Below are positions 36,186 to 48,685 of a stretch of DNA of 64,000 nucleotides, piece by piece; position 1 is the first letter of the stretch; each line of letters opens with the position of its first letter. The position numbers and the translations under genes are program-made. The stretch spans positions 163,434,001 through 163,498,000 of the forward strand of contig NC_086097.1 in NCBI RefSeq assembly GCF_963921235.1. The letters run 5' to 3'. The notes under the pieces are model-generated. The model was given only the letters and a program-made list of their open reading frames with translations, did no database searches and had not been told where the DNA came from. This DNA comes from Mobula hypostoma. Taxonomy: Eukaryota.

Positions 36186-36297
36186 TAGGCACCATTATCC
36201 TAAGTTCTGCACTATGTTGATCCAATTTTTTGTGTTCACTCACATTAACACAAGGGCCAGCTTTATTATCTGTGCCATTGCGCTGCTCCAAAGAAAC

Positions 36298-36820
36298 TGT
36301 ATAGAACATAGAACAGGCAGCACAGTATCGGCTTTTGGCCCACGATGTTGAGCTAACCTTTTAACCTACTCCAAGATCAATTTAATGCCTATTTCATCTA
36401 TGTACCTATCCAAGAGTTCCTTAAATCTAACTAAAATATTGCCCTCTATCACCACCCCTGGCAGCACGTGCCATACATCCACCACTCTCTGTACAAAAAA
36501 ATCTATATCTGGCATCCCCCATACTTTCCTCCAATCATAAAATAATGTCCTCTCATTTCTGCCATCAGAAAAGGCATTGGCTCTTCACTCTGTCTATGCC
36601 TCTTATTATCTTATACACATCTACCAAGTTACCTCTTCTCCTTTGATCTAAAGGGAAAAGCCCTACCTTGCTGAACCTTTCCTTGTTAGCCCTACAGTTT
36701 AATCCAGGCATCATCTTGGTATATTTCCTCTGCACCCTCTAAAGCTCTTACATCCTTCCCCTCGTAAAGTGAGCAGCAATGAACACAATTCTCCAGTGTA
36801 GATTATTACCAGGGTCCACA
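36298..36820 (-). mobile_element. CR1 3' end
   Basis: (atagaac)2 tail and reverse complement of the CR1 RT C-terminus. Confidence 0.8.
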
Positions 36821-37019
36821 GGAAGATTTTGTGTGTATCAGGTGAAGAGTGATTTGCTGTCCAAGCCTCACAATTACATTATTTATTGAGCTGAGGACAT
36901 AGAATTGTACAGTTCAGGAACAGGCCTTTCAATCCACAACTGGTTGGATCATTGTATGAGGAAGTGGAAGAGGGTGAAGGTGGAGATAGACTGGACTCCA
37001 CAGTGAAGGTGAGGCATTG

Positions 37020-37660
37020 GATGCTGGGGAAATGGATATTTACAAATGGTGGAGAACATACAAGGTGGATCAACAACAGTTTTGCAGAACACCTCTGCTC
37101 AGACTACTCAGAGGCTATCCCTAGCTCCCGCTTCGACCTGCCTGCTTTTAATCCTCTCCTTTGTCCTTCTTCCCCACTCCGCAGTTCCACTTTCACTGAC
37201 GTTTGTCCCTCTTTCCCCTCCTGGATCCATCCACTCACTTCACACGGGCTCCCATCCCTCCAACCCCTCTATTTCCTATTGTTGTTTAATCGTTTCCAAT
37301 CTCACCTCCTGTCCTTATCTGAATCCAGCATGGTAGTGCTTTGTGTTTCTGCTTGTCTCCCTCTGGCAGTTGTTTCCCATTTTCTCACACCCCTCCCTGC
37401 CAAACCTGCTCGCTCTGTTGTTTTTTCCCTTCTTTTCCCCTCCCTCTTTGTTTGCCTCCATCTATCATTCACCTGCTGTGTCTTCCAACACAGTCAACTC
37501 CTCTACCTGACTGCTATCTTGCACCCCTCCTCGAGTCCACCAGTGGCCAGATCCTGAGGCAGGGTTTTGAACTGAAGCGTCAACCATTTCTTTTCTCCTG
37601 CCGACCTGCAGGCTCTCGCCCATGGATAGTTTATTGCTAGATCAAATTCAGGTTTTTTTG
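37020..37660 (+). mobile_element. Old Penelope 3' end (GIY-YIG remnant, pyrimidine tract, hammerhead-like tail)
   Basis: ggtggagaaca...tttgcagaacacct (GE..F.EHL-like), long C/T tract, cctgaggcagggttttgaactgaagcgtcaacc. Confidence 0.5.
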
Positions 37661-38184
37661 TATTGCTATGTCAACACTGTCTATCAAAAATGATATTAAA
37701 GCAAACATATTTCACATATTTCCCAGTATTAACAGTAAGATCAGGAAGTCTGACTTAATAAACCTGAGGAAACTGATGTTGTAAGGATCAATGAGACACT
37801 GGGTAACAAACTTTTTGATAAACTACAATCTGATGCCACGTTCCACAGGGGACACATACTGGGTCAATGGACACTTTTAAACACAGCTGGGGAGAGTGTA
37901 AGAGAGGTTGATGTGATAGATGTGAAATTATAAGACCATAAGATAGAGGAGAAGAATTAGGTCACTTGGCCCATCAAGTCTGCTCCACCATTTCATCATG
38001 TGTGATCCAATTTTCCTATCAGCCCCAATCTCCTGCTCTCTCTCTGTATCCCTTCATACCCTGATCCAGAAATTATGAACAACAAAATACAGTTTGTGTT
38101 AAAGTCCGAAGTAAATTTGTTAACTTGTATGTCACCATATTCAATCCTGAGAATTCATTTTCTTGGGGGCATTCTCAATAAATC

Positions 38185-39655
38185 CATTGATTTTCTCAAG
38201 GGAAAATTTTGCCTGACAAATCTGTTGGAGTTCCTTGAAGAAATAACAAGCAGGATAGACAAAGGTTGAAGTTGGGTACTTGGATTTTCAGAAGACCTTT
38301 GACAAAGTGTCACTCATGAGGCTGCTTTAAAAGCTACAAGCCCATAGTATTACAGGAAAGATTCTAGCATGGATCAGGCAGTGGCTGATTGGCAGGAAGT
38401 AAAGAATGGGAATAAAGGAAGACTTTTCTGGTTGGCTACTGATGACTACTGGTGTTCCACAGGGGTCTGCACTGGGACTGATTCTTATTTTGGATGATGG
38501 AATTAATGGCTTTATTGCAAAGTTTGCAGATGATAAGATAGGTGGAGGAGTAGGTAGTTTCGAGCAAGTAGAGAGGCTACAGAGGACTTTGACAGATTAG
38601 ACAGGAGAATGGACAAAGAAATGGCAGACAGGAAGTGTGTGGTCAGGCACTTTGGTAGAAGAAATGGAAGGGCTGACTGCTTTCAAAAAGAGGCAAAATA
38701 CAAAAAAAAACAGATACAAAGGCATTTGGGAGGATCCCCTAAAGGTTGTGTCTGTAGTGAGGAAGGCAGGTGCAATGTTAGCATTCATTTCAAGAGGTCT
38801 AGAATATAAAAGCAAGGCTGTAATGTTGAGACTTTACTTAGCACTGGTGAGGCCTCACTTGGAGTATGTGAGCAGTTTTGGGCCCCTTATCTTAGAAAGC
38901 ATGTGCCGAAACTGGGGAGTGTGCAAAGGAGGTTCACGAAAGGATTCCAGGATTGAATTATCTTGTCATATGAAGAGCGTTTGAATTCCAGTGGTTCACT
39001 GGCATTCAGAAACATGAGGGGTGACCTCATTGAAACCTGTTGAATGGTGAATGGTCCTGATAGAATGGATGTGAAGAATCAGAATCAGGTTTATTATCAC
39101 CAGCATGTGTCATGAAATTTGTTAACTTAGCAGCAGCAGTTCAATGCAGTACATAATATCCAAGAAAGAAAAATAATAATAATTGATAAGTAAATCAATT
39201 ACAGTATAAGTATATTGAATAGAAATAAAAATTGTGCAAAGAACAGAAATAATATATATTTTAAAAGGTGCGATGGTGTTTAAGGGTTGAATGTCCATTT
39301 AGGAATCAGGTGGCAGAGGGAACATTGAAAGGATGTTTTCTATGGTGGGAGAGTCTCAGTCCAGAGGACACAGCCTCAGAATAGAGGGGCGTCCTTTTAG
39401 ATGAGAAATTGCTTTAGCTTGCGATTGGTGAATCTGTGGAATTCTTTACTACAGGCAGCCGTGGAGACTAAGCCTGTATGTATATTTAAGGCAGAGGTTG
39501 ATATATTTTTGATTGGTTAGGGAATGAAGGGATATGGGGAGAAGGCAGGGGATTGGGTTTGAGAGGCAAATTGGATCGGCCTTGATGAAATGCTGGAGCA
39601 GACTCGATGGGCTAAATGGCTTAATTCTGCTCCTATATTTTATGGTCTTGTGGTG
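38185..39655 (+). mobile_element. CR1 3' fragment nested in a Rex1 tail, itself split at 39075-39320
   Basis: FLKGKFCLTNLLEF, GVPQGS, KFADD, LVRPHLEY; tatggtct tail. An antisense CR1 tail lies at 37928-38065. Confidence 0.9.
39075..39320 (-). mobile_element. Rex1-type tail fragment, near-identical to 63240-63460
   Basis: agaatcaggtttattatcacc...gaaatttgttaacttagcagcagcagttcaatgca shared by both copies. Confidence 0.85.
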
Positions 39656-39659
39656 TAAA

Positions 39660-40820
39660 TCCAAGAAACACAATAGAATCCATGAAAGATGGCACCGAAT
39701 AGGGTAGGCAAACACTAGTTTGCAAAGGTCAATAAACTGCAAATACAATAAGAAAAGAAAACAAAATAAAAATAAATAAGCAATAAATATCAAGGCATGA
39801 GATGAAGAGTCATTGAAAGAGAGTTGCCAGATTGTGCAAGAGAAGCTGAGTGAAGTTATCACCTCTGGTTCAAGAGCTTGATGGCTAAGGAACTAGATGC
39901 TGTGGGCCCTGAGGCTCCTGTACCACCTTCCTGATGGCAGCAGCGAGACGAGCTGGTGGTGGTTCCTGATGAAGGATGCTGCTTTCCTGCAACAGTGCTC
40001 CATGTAGATGTGTTCAATGCTGGGGAGGGAGCCATGATGGGCTGGGCAGTATTCACTACCTTGCAGGAGTTTCCATTCAAGGGCATTGGTGTTTCCATAT
40101 CAGGCATTGGTGCAACTGGTCAATATATGCTCCGCCACACCTGTATAGCAGTTTGTCAAAATTTAAGGTGCCATACAGAATCTTCGCAAGGAAGTAGAGT
40201 CACTACTGTGCTTCATTCATAATAGCACAGGCATGCTGGGCCCAGGACAGATCCTGTGAAATGATAACACCGAGAATTTAAGGTTGTTGACCCTCTCCAC
40301 CTCTGATCCCCTGATGCGGACTGGCTCCTGTACCTCCAGTTTCCTCCTCCTGAGGTCAATAGTCAGCTCCTTGGTTTTGCTGACATTGAGTGAGAGGTTG
40401 TTGTGGCACTGCTTTTTCATCAGCCAACAACAGTGGTGTAGTCAGCAAACTTATAATATGGTATTGGAGCTGTGCTTAGCCATACAGTCATAAGTATAAT
40501 TTGTGTAGAGCAGGGTCTAAGCATACATCCTTGTGGTGCACTTGTGCTGATGGAGATTGTGGAGGAGATGTTGCCATTCCAAACTGACTGGGATCTGCAA
40601 GTGAGGAAATTTAAGGATCCAATTGCACAAGGAGGTACTGAGGCCAAGATCTTGAAGCCTATGAATTAGTTTTGAAGGGATGATAGTATTGAATGCTTAG
40701 CTGCAGTCGATAAAGAGCATCCTGATGTATGCATCTTTGCTGTCAGTTGTTCCAGGGTTGAGTGAAGAGCCAAGGAGATGACATCTGTTATGGACCTGTT
40801 GTGACGGTAGGCAAACTGGA
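39660..40820 (-). mobile_element. Rex1/Babar LINE RT fragment
   Basis: APQGCM...YKFADYTTVVG and NNLSLNVSKTKELTIDLRR; extreme tail at ~38090-38185. Confidence 0.9.
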
Positions 40821-41589
40821 TTATGTATACATATATCCAGGGAACTCTTGACAGATTATGAGTGAGGGTTTTATTCCATGAACAATAAGGTGGACACAGT
40901 CTTGAGCAATTACAGTAATCTGAAACAAATCAATATTAAATTAGTTTTGTGTGATAATGTAACTGAGAATCTGACAATAAAATCGGGTTTTGTAACATAA
41001 TTTCTTGCAGGCCCAAATGAACCCTGTACTAATTCTACTCAATTATTTGCCTGTAAAAGATTCTACCATTCACCTAGCCATCAAGCAATTTACTGTGACC
41101 AATTTGTGTATTAACCTCTAGACTTTGATATATAGGATGGAACAAAAGCATCTGGGGGAAACCCAGAGATGAAGCAAACATTTATATCTCAGTGGATCAT
41201 AAGTCTGGAACTGTTTTCCTCAAAATAACTGGAGCAGCAGAGTCTTTGACTAGTAATAAGGCTGAAATGGATAGATTCTACTAAGGACGAGGATATTTGG
41301 ATCTTTAGCTATAATCTGCTGAATTATGATCTTATTGAATAGTGGAGCAAGCTTGAGGAGCTGTGGTTTAAACCTTCTCTTAATTCACATGGTTATGTCC
41401 ACCCACATGTTAGTAAATTGCATTAGATGATTATCTGCAGTAGCAAGCATGTCAGTCAAATCTGTGGTTCATTTAAGTTAATTTTTGGAGTATAAAATGG
41501 GAAAATATGACCTGTTCCCTTTGGCTCAAAGAATAGAAAAACAAGAAGCTTTTTCTTAAATGTTATGAAACTACTGAGAATTGTGAATA

Positions 41590-42710
41590 CTGCTTAGCAC
41601 ATTATAGAAACTGGCCTCCCCACCATGGGCTCTGTCTATACTTCTCACTGTATCAGTATAGCAGCCAGCATTATCACAGATCCCACCTACCCTGGAAATT
41701 CTCTCTTTTCCCCCTCCCAACGGGCAGAAGATACAAAAAGCCTGAAAGCATGTACCATCAGGCTCAAGGGCAGCTTCAAAAAGAAGCTGTATTAAGACTA
41801 TTAGATAGTTACCTAGTATGACAAGTTGGACTCTTGACCTCACAATCTACCTTGTAATGATTTTGCACCTTATTTTTTTTTACCTGCACTGCATTCTATC
41901 CACGCTGTTTACACTTGTTGAACCTCAATGCACTATGTAATGTTTTGATCCGTTTGAACAGCATGCAAGATAATTTTTTCACTGTATGTGGGTACATGTG
42001 ACAATAATAAACCAATTCCAGTATGCATTCAGGCAAAGTAAATGACGTTACTAAAAGGCATAACAGTGCCTCTGCTTGATTTGAAGTTTGCGTAGACTTG
42101 GGCTGTTACTAAAAACCTTGACAAACTTCTATAGATACGCAATGGAAAGTATCCTAATTGGTAGCATCATGACCTGGTTACGGAATCAATGCCCAGGAAT
42201 GGAAGAGGCTACAGAAAATGATGCATACAGCTCAGTCCATTACAGGCAAAGCCCTCCCCACCAGATGATAATTTCTTGGACAGAGCATATTTCCAAGGAG
42301 CGCTGCCCAAGAAGTTAGCACCAATCATCAAAGGCACCCAACATCCCGGCTATGCTTTCTCGCTACCACCATTGAGCAGAAAGTACAGAAGCCTTGGGTC
42401 TCTCACCTCCAGATTCAGGAACGATTAATACCTTACAACCATCTGGCTCCTGAACCGGCATGAACAACTGCATTTACCACTACTCAGAACTGATTTTATG
42501 ATCTATCGATTCCTTTCAAGGCCTCAGTACAATTCATTCTTTGTATTGTTCTCATTTGTGTAGTTTGTCTTCTGTATATTGATTGAACAGTTTTTTGTAA
42601 AAATCTATTGTATTTCTTTTATTTTCTGTAATACCTGCAAAAATTGAATCTGAAGGTGGTATAAAGTAACATATGTACTTTGATAATAAATTTACTTTGA
42701 ACTTTGAAAT
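41590..42710 (+). mobile_element. Two tandem Rex1/Babar 3' fragments (41590-42020, 42050-42710)
   Basis: KTLTNFYRYAMESILIGSIMTW; tails aataaaccaattcca and aataaatttactttgaactttga. Confidence 0.85.
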
Positions 42711-43290
42711 GTGCACTTCTGTTCATTGCAAGGGCATTGGAGTCCTGGAGTAAGGAAACCTACTGAGCTAGTACAAGGTTTGGGAGAAAACTGTGTTCAG
42801 TTTTGAACACAGCATGGATAACTACGTACACTCATCAGTACTCAGAACTGATTCTACAACTTAAAGTAGAATATATTAGGCTTGGAGTCAATGCAGTGTA
42901 AATTCACTTGATTGACTTCTGGAAAGGGAAGGGAGTGATTGGCCTATGTATATCTGGGTTTTGAACAATGAAACCACTTATTAACATGTACCAGATTTTA
43001 AGGAATTATTCAAAGAATGGATGGTGAGGAACTGCTTCATCTAAACTGAGAATCAAGAACTGGGAGAATTCAGTATGGAGTTTGCCATGTGGGATTGAAA
43101 TCAGGTGATTTGGTTCATATAGAGCGTAACTGTTGTAACTTTCTACCTCAATTTTAAGAAGATTGAGTTTGTTAGATTATGGAGCAGACAACCAGGGAAT
43201 AAGAGTTTTTGGGGATCAGGCAGGGAAATAAAAAAGCAAAGGATCAGATACAAACAGACTGAATGGCAGAGGAAGTTGAACCCATTCCTG
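42710..43290 (+). mobile_element. Very old CR1 3' fragment
   Basis: gcaagggcattggagt...ctgtgttcagtttt...aagattgagtttgttagat motif order. Confidence 0.55.
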
Positions 43291-44893
43291 CTTTGATTTA
43301 TGATATCCTTATGTGTAAAGATGGATCTGTTGATCCAATTTTCTTTCTGTTTTACCAACATGATAGACACAAGACTACTGTGCCATGATGAGTGGAGTTA
43401 GGATTGTTGCTTATGAGCAATCAGTATTGGTCAACTTATAAAACTGGCCACAGGGTTTGTGATCAGGTATCTTACGCCTTTTCAATGTAATGCACAGCAT
43501 CTTACTGTTGGCAATTTGTTAAGAGACTGCAGCTTCTACTACAGAACAGACAATCTCCACAGGTATCAGAGTGTCGTAGTGTGGCAGCTGTAAGGCCAAC
43601 ATGCATGGTCTGCTGGTTTGAAAGCTCAAAGTTAGCATATTCAACGAGCCTTACAGGTAAGCACCATAGTATCGCAATCTGTTCTCCAACAGATTATTGG
43701 GGATGCCCAAGGATCTCCCTGGGGAAATTGCATTAACCCTGTGGAACATGAGCCTGCTGTACTTTCTCAGGATGACAGGATTCATACAAAAAAAAGGAGA
43801 ATAGACACAAGGATTGTGTCTATTCTTCTCCTTGTCTTCTCCCCCATTCAGCACCTGCACTGATCACATACTACTTAATGTCCTTAACTCTAAAAACTCC
43901 GATGATTTGTGACTGAGCTTCCTTTTAGACTAAACATTTCAAACATTTACTGACTCTGTGAAGAAATATCATCTCGTTTCCTTGTTAATTTGAAACTGTA
44001 GCCCTTGGGTCTAAGCATTCCAGCCCGAAGAAAACTCATTAAAGCAGCTACACAATCTAATAAGTACTTTGTATGCTTCAATGGGACAGAGTGTTGCTTC
44101 ACCTGTGTCATTGCTGTGCCTGCCAGCCAGCTGTCTCAGGCTAGCGAGAGTCAAATGAGTTTTCTGGGCTCTCATCCTTCAAGTCCACCTGTAGACTTCA
44201 ATACAGTAGTTTGTGGTCTTCCACCAACCATCAAATACAAACACTGAAGACGGGCATCAAAGGCACCATTGGTGATGTGGTCCTTCCTTGTCCTGGTTTA
44301 AGGGTGTAGTTGTGCCTGCAGTAGTTTGCATACAGTAGTGAGGGCATCTATAGTGAAACCAGGGCATCTTAAACATTGCCTAATGCAGAACAAAGACAAC
44401 CAGCATCAAGGAAGTTATCTTTGGCCCTATGGCATAATTTCTTAAATAAATGTGGCTTAGAATGTCTGTTTTGTGTTGATATTTTACTAGCCATTAGATC
44501 TACCAAAGAAAGAAAATGAGTTAGAGAGAGAGAGCTGAAATGTAAACTCAATTTTTCTTTCCATCCACAAAATGTTTCCTGACCTGTTGAGTATTTTCAG
44601 CATTTTCTGGTTTAAGATGTACTTACAACTACATTCTAAATCTCCCTGCAAAAAAGAAATTCAATGTGAGGGTCAGGAGAAAAATATTTTCTATTTTTAT
44701 GCCAGTTCCCCAATGATATCTGGCCTTGGAGAAATTGTGCTAATAGAAATGTCTTCTCTTTATCATTTGAATATATATAGATAATCAACTGCACTTCCAT
44801 CATTTGCCATGTTGTTACCCACTCTTGCATGTTCTAAGTAAAACCACTGTTCCTCCCAATGCATTATTTCAGCGGCTAAAAATTTCTGGCATA

Positions 44894-44945
44894 ATAATTA
44901 TCTTTCTCATTCTTGCACAATAATTATCTTTCTCATTCTTGCACA
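44894..44945. repeat. Perfect 26-bp tandem duplication
   Basis: ataattatctttctcattcttgcaca x2. Confidence 0.97.
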
Positions 44946-45179
44946 TGGAATTTGTAGCAATTGTGGCAACCAACATGGTAAGAACTCAAATATGAATTGT
45001 CACTGCAAACTGAAAATCTTTAATATAATGTGAAATAATGAGGCCATCGGAATCATCTGTTATACAACCTAGCTGATATCCAGAACCAAAAAAAAATTCC
45101 ATTTACAATGCACCTTTGACGTCTCTTTCAGAATGCTTCAAAATGATTAACAGCTGAGTATGGTCATTGTTGTAAAGTA

Positions 45180-46010
45180 CTGTTGGCCCTCCTTATCCGC
45201 GAGTTCCGCATGCGCGAATTCAACCAACCGCGAATCAAGAAAACCCAGAAGTGCTCTTCCAGCACTTGTTGTTCGAACATGTACAGACTTTTTTCTTGTC
45301 ATTATTTCCTAAACAATGCAGTATAACAACTATTTAACACAGCATTTACATTGTATTAGGTATTATAAGTAATCTGGAGATGATTTAATGTATACGGGAG
45401 GATGTGCGTAGGTTATTGTGGATCGGGATCGGAAAAAAAACGGAAGTTCTCCTTTCTATGCATATAAAACACTTAAGAAACGTATGTTTCAGTACTGGGC
45501 TTGGGAACGGAAATTCCTGAGTTCGATCAGTGACAGACCGCTCCCGAGCATGCTCTCCATCCCTGACAGGTTGATGTGAAGGATCAAAATTCCAAAATCC
45601 CAAAACCCAATAGTTAAACCATTGCATTGCTTTGTAATAATTGTAGCTTTAATCGGGGCAGGGATTTTCTCAGTTTATCCTTTAAAATTGTTCCGATCGT
45701 TGACTGACTGTAGCCTAACGCTTTTCCAATGACTGATGGCGTTTCACCTCTTTCTGATCGCTTTATTTCCACTTTATTTTAAATCGTGATCGTGATTATT
45801 TTCGTGAACAGAAATACTGCAGATTCAGAGCTCTGCCGCCGGGTCCTAATGTCCACCGCACTGAGACAGATTAAATAAGGTCCGGGGTTCCGCTGGGTCC
45901 CAAGATCCACCGCATTTAGATGGGTTGAATTAGGCACTTGAGCATCCACGTTTGTTGGTATCCGCGAGGGGTCCTGGAACCAATCCCTCGCGGATAAGGA
46001 GGGCCGACTG
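45180..46010. mobile_element. Non-autonomous pogo/Tigger DNA transposon (MER2-like), 831 bp
   Basis: 24-bp TIRs (ctgttggccctccttatccgcgag / ctcgcggataaggagggccgactg, 2 mismatches), TA on both sides, no transposase ORF. Confidence 0.93.
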
Positions 46011-46725
46011 TAGTTCCATTCGGCCATATTCTGACAAAGGTTCCTCAACTTAAAATATTAACTATGTTTCTCTTTCCATGAATGTTGCCTGACCTGCTGA
46101 GTGTTTTGAGCATTTCCTGTTTCTCTTACGGGTCTAGAGCATCTACAGTTTTGGATTTTCTTCAAGTAAAGTCATTATTAATGTGTGATCTGAATACTTT
46201 GAGGTCCACATTGTTCCTCTGTATTTAGGCTTCTCCAAAGCCTGGAGTTAATGTAGAAGCATGATTCAGTTGCAAAAGTCATCCAGGTTTCTTTGTTCCA
46301 AGGCCTTAGAGATTTTCTACCTGTTCCCATCAATTCCTATTCCATTCCTGCTTCCTCATTTAACATGGAGTGAAACTGCAGGAAAACAACCCTTTTGGCC
46401 CAATGAGAACATGTCAACGTCAAGCAGATGTCAAGGAGAGTGTGCAAACTCCACACAGACAGCATCAGATACGTATCAGCAGTGAGCCTGGGTTGCTGGA
46501 GCTGTGAGGCAGCAGTTCTGCTAGCTGCACCACTATGTCATAAATCAGAGCTTAAACCTTTAGTTCATGGCGCCAGTCACCCTGAATGAGCTACTGCAGT
46601 GTGATTGCCATTTATTTTAATTTAAAAACTGAGACTGGCAAGATTTGGTTAGGTAGGAGGACAAGGTTATAGAACCGAGGCAGGTCACTGCTGTTGTGAT
46701 ACAGTATTGCACTCTGGAATAGAAC

Positions 46726-46954
46726 TGTTGTGTGTTTAATATTTAATTAATATTATATATATGTTGATTAAGCATTCTTGTTCATTTAAATAATTAATTA
46801 TGGGTTATGTGTACATAAATGTGAGTTGCATACATCATCATGCTGTTATACTTGCACCCCTTACTTGAAGTAAACCCCTAACTTCAACCTGGATTTTCAG
46901 ACATTGTTGTCTTCCTTTGAATTAGTTTAATGTTTTGAAGTACAAAACATAGCA
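46726..46954 (+). mobile_element. Solo LTR related to the 5037-8721 Gypsy LTRs
   Basis: TG...CA ends, AGAAC TSD (46721-46725 / 46955-46959), similar to the reverse complement of 5037-5233 (attaagcattct; ttcctttgaattagtttaatgttt). Confidence 0.88.
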
Positions 46955-47794
46955 AGAACCAATTCAAAAGACTGAATGGCTTACCCATGGCCCTGTCATA
47001 TCAAAAGAGAGGTGAACATGTTCGATGAGGGGAAAAAACCTTCCAGCAGATTTTACATGGGCAGATTGGCAGCGTGTACTGGCAGTTTATATTTGCCTTT
47101 GGTGGCACATAACTACGCTCCAAGGGATTTCTTCAAACTCTGAATGTGAGTAAGAAGGAAGGATAATTTATATGTGAACATTGTTTGGCAGTCGATACAT
47201 TAGAGCCTGAACTATTGTATGCAATGGGCACCTCAGGAAAGGGTGTATACAACAGCAAAAGAGAAAGGCCATTGCACATACTGTATATGAAAGCCAGGCA
47301 GTCTTCTGTCATCATCTCTTATCACTGCATTCAACTTTGCTGATACTCCTTTTCAATCAGAGAAAGTGGATTCAGTGCCAGTGTGATGCAGTCTGTTGTG
47401 TGAGGTCAGTCCACAAGGAATCTGGCAGTGTGCCATATTGGTGGACTGAGCATGCCCTCAGTAAAACTCTAACTTACATGCATAGTCATAGCATTGTGGT
47501 GTGCTCCTTGCATCTGAACTGACTGGATCTCTGCGAGTATGCTTTTACATTCACAATCAAAACTCTAAACAACTGTATCTGACTTTCCTGTGATGACTTA
47601 ATGTCAGCAGAGAACTGATTGTCCTGTTGAATTCTCTACAAGTGTAAATATTCAATTGAATAGATTACTATATTCAAGTGTACTTTAAATACATATATTC
47701 ATTGGGAATATTGTTTTTCTCTGGTTATTGGGAGGCCAGTAAGAACATAAGAAAAAGAGCATTCTAGCCTGCTCCGCTATTCCACAGGATCATA

Positions 47795-48685
47795 GAAAGT
47801 CAAGCTGAATCTATTGTCTGATCCACAGGTATGGTGAGGCGTAGGTACAATTAAAAATTTGCTTGCAACAGCATCATGGGCATGTAGATTCAGATAACAA
47901 CACAAAAAACAGTAGTCATACATAAATATTGTTCTGTTGCCAGGGTAGATGCATGGTTGTGCAGGTCATCTCAAGAACATAATGGTTGTAGAGAAAGCAG
48001 CTGTTCCTGAACCTGGCAGTGAGGAACTTCAGGCTTCTGAACCTCAGAATCAGAATCAGAAACACAATCAGATTTAATATCACCGGCATATGTTGTGAAG
48101 GTTGTTATTATGTGGCAGCAGACATTGCAATACATAATAATCAAAAACTGCAAGTTACAATAAATATATATGCAAAGTTAAATGAAGTAAGTAGTGCAAT
48201 AAGAGAGAAAAAAGGTAGTGAGTTGGGTTCATAGGTTCCGTGTCCATTCCTAAGTCTAATGGTAGAGGTGAATTGTTGAGTGTCTGCCTTCAGGCTCCTG
48301 TATCCCCTCCTTGATGGTAGCAATGAGAGGAAGGCTTATCCTGGGTGATGGGGGTCCTTAATGATGGATGCTCCTTGAAAATATCCAGGAAGCCAAGGAG
48401 GCTATTGCCCATGATAGAGCCCAATGAGTTTATAGCTTTCTGCAGATAATTTTCATCCTCAGCAGTGCTCCCCCACCCCGACATACCAGATAGAGATATA
48501 GCCAGTTGGAATTTTCTTCACAGTACATCTATAGAAATTTACAAGTGTCTTTGGTGACTTACCATATCTCCTCAAATCCCTGTAAGAAGACCATAAGACA
48601 TAGGAGCAGAATTAGTCCAGTCAGTCCATCGAGTCTGCTCTGCCATTTCATTGCCATTGTTGAGCCTTCTTTGTGACTGCATTGA
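47795..48685 (-). mobile_element. Rex1/Babar 3' parts; element continues at 50563-51030
   Basis: agaatcagaatcagaa tail at ~48046; sequence resumes after the CR1 insertion. Confidence 0.8.

Noticed and set aside
36952..37557. Longest ORF (201 aa) as a host gene
   Set aside because: It runs through a pyrimidine-rich Penelope remnant that is naturally poor in stop codons; low-complexity S/P/L/F product with no domain.
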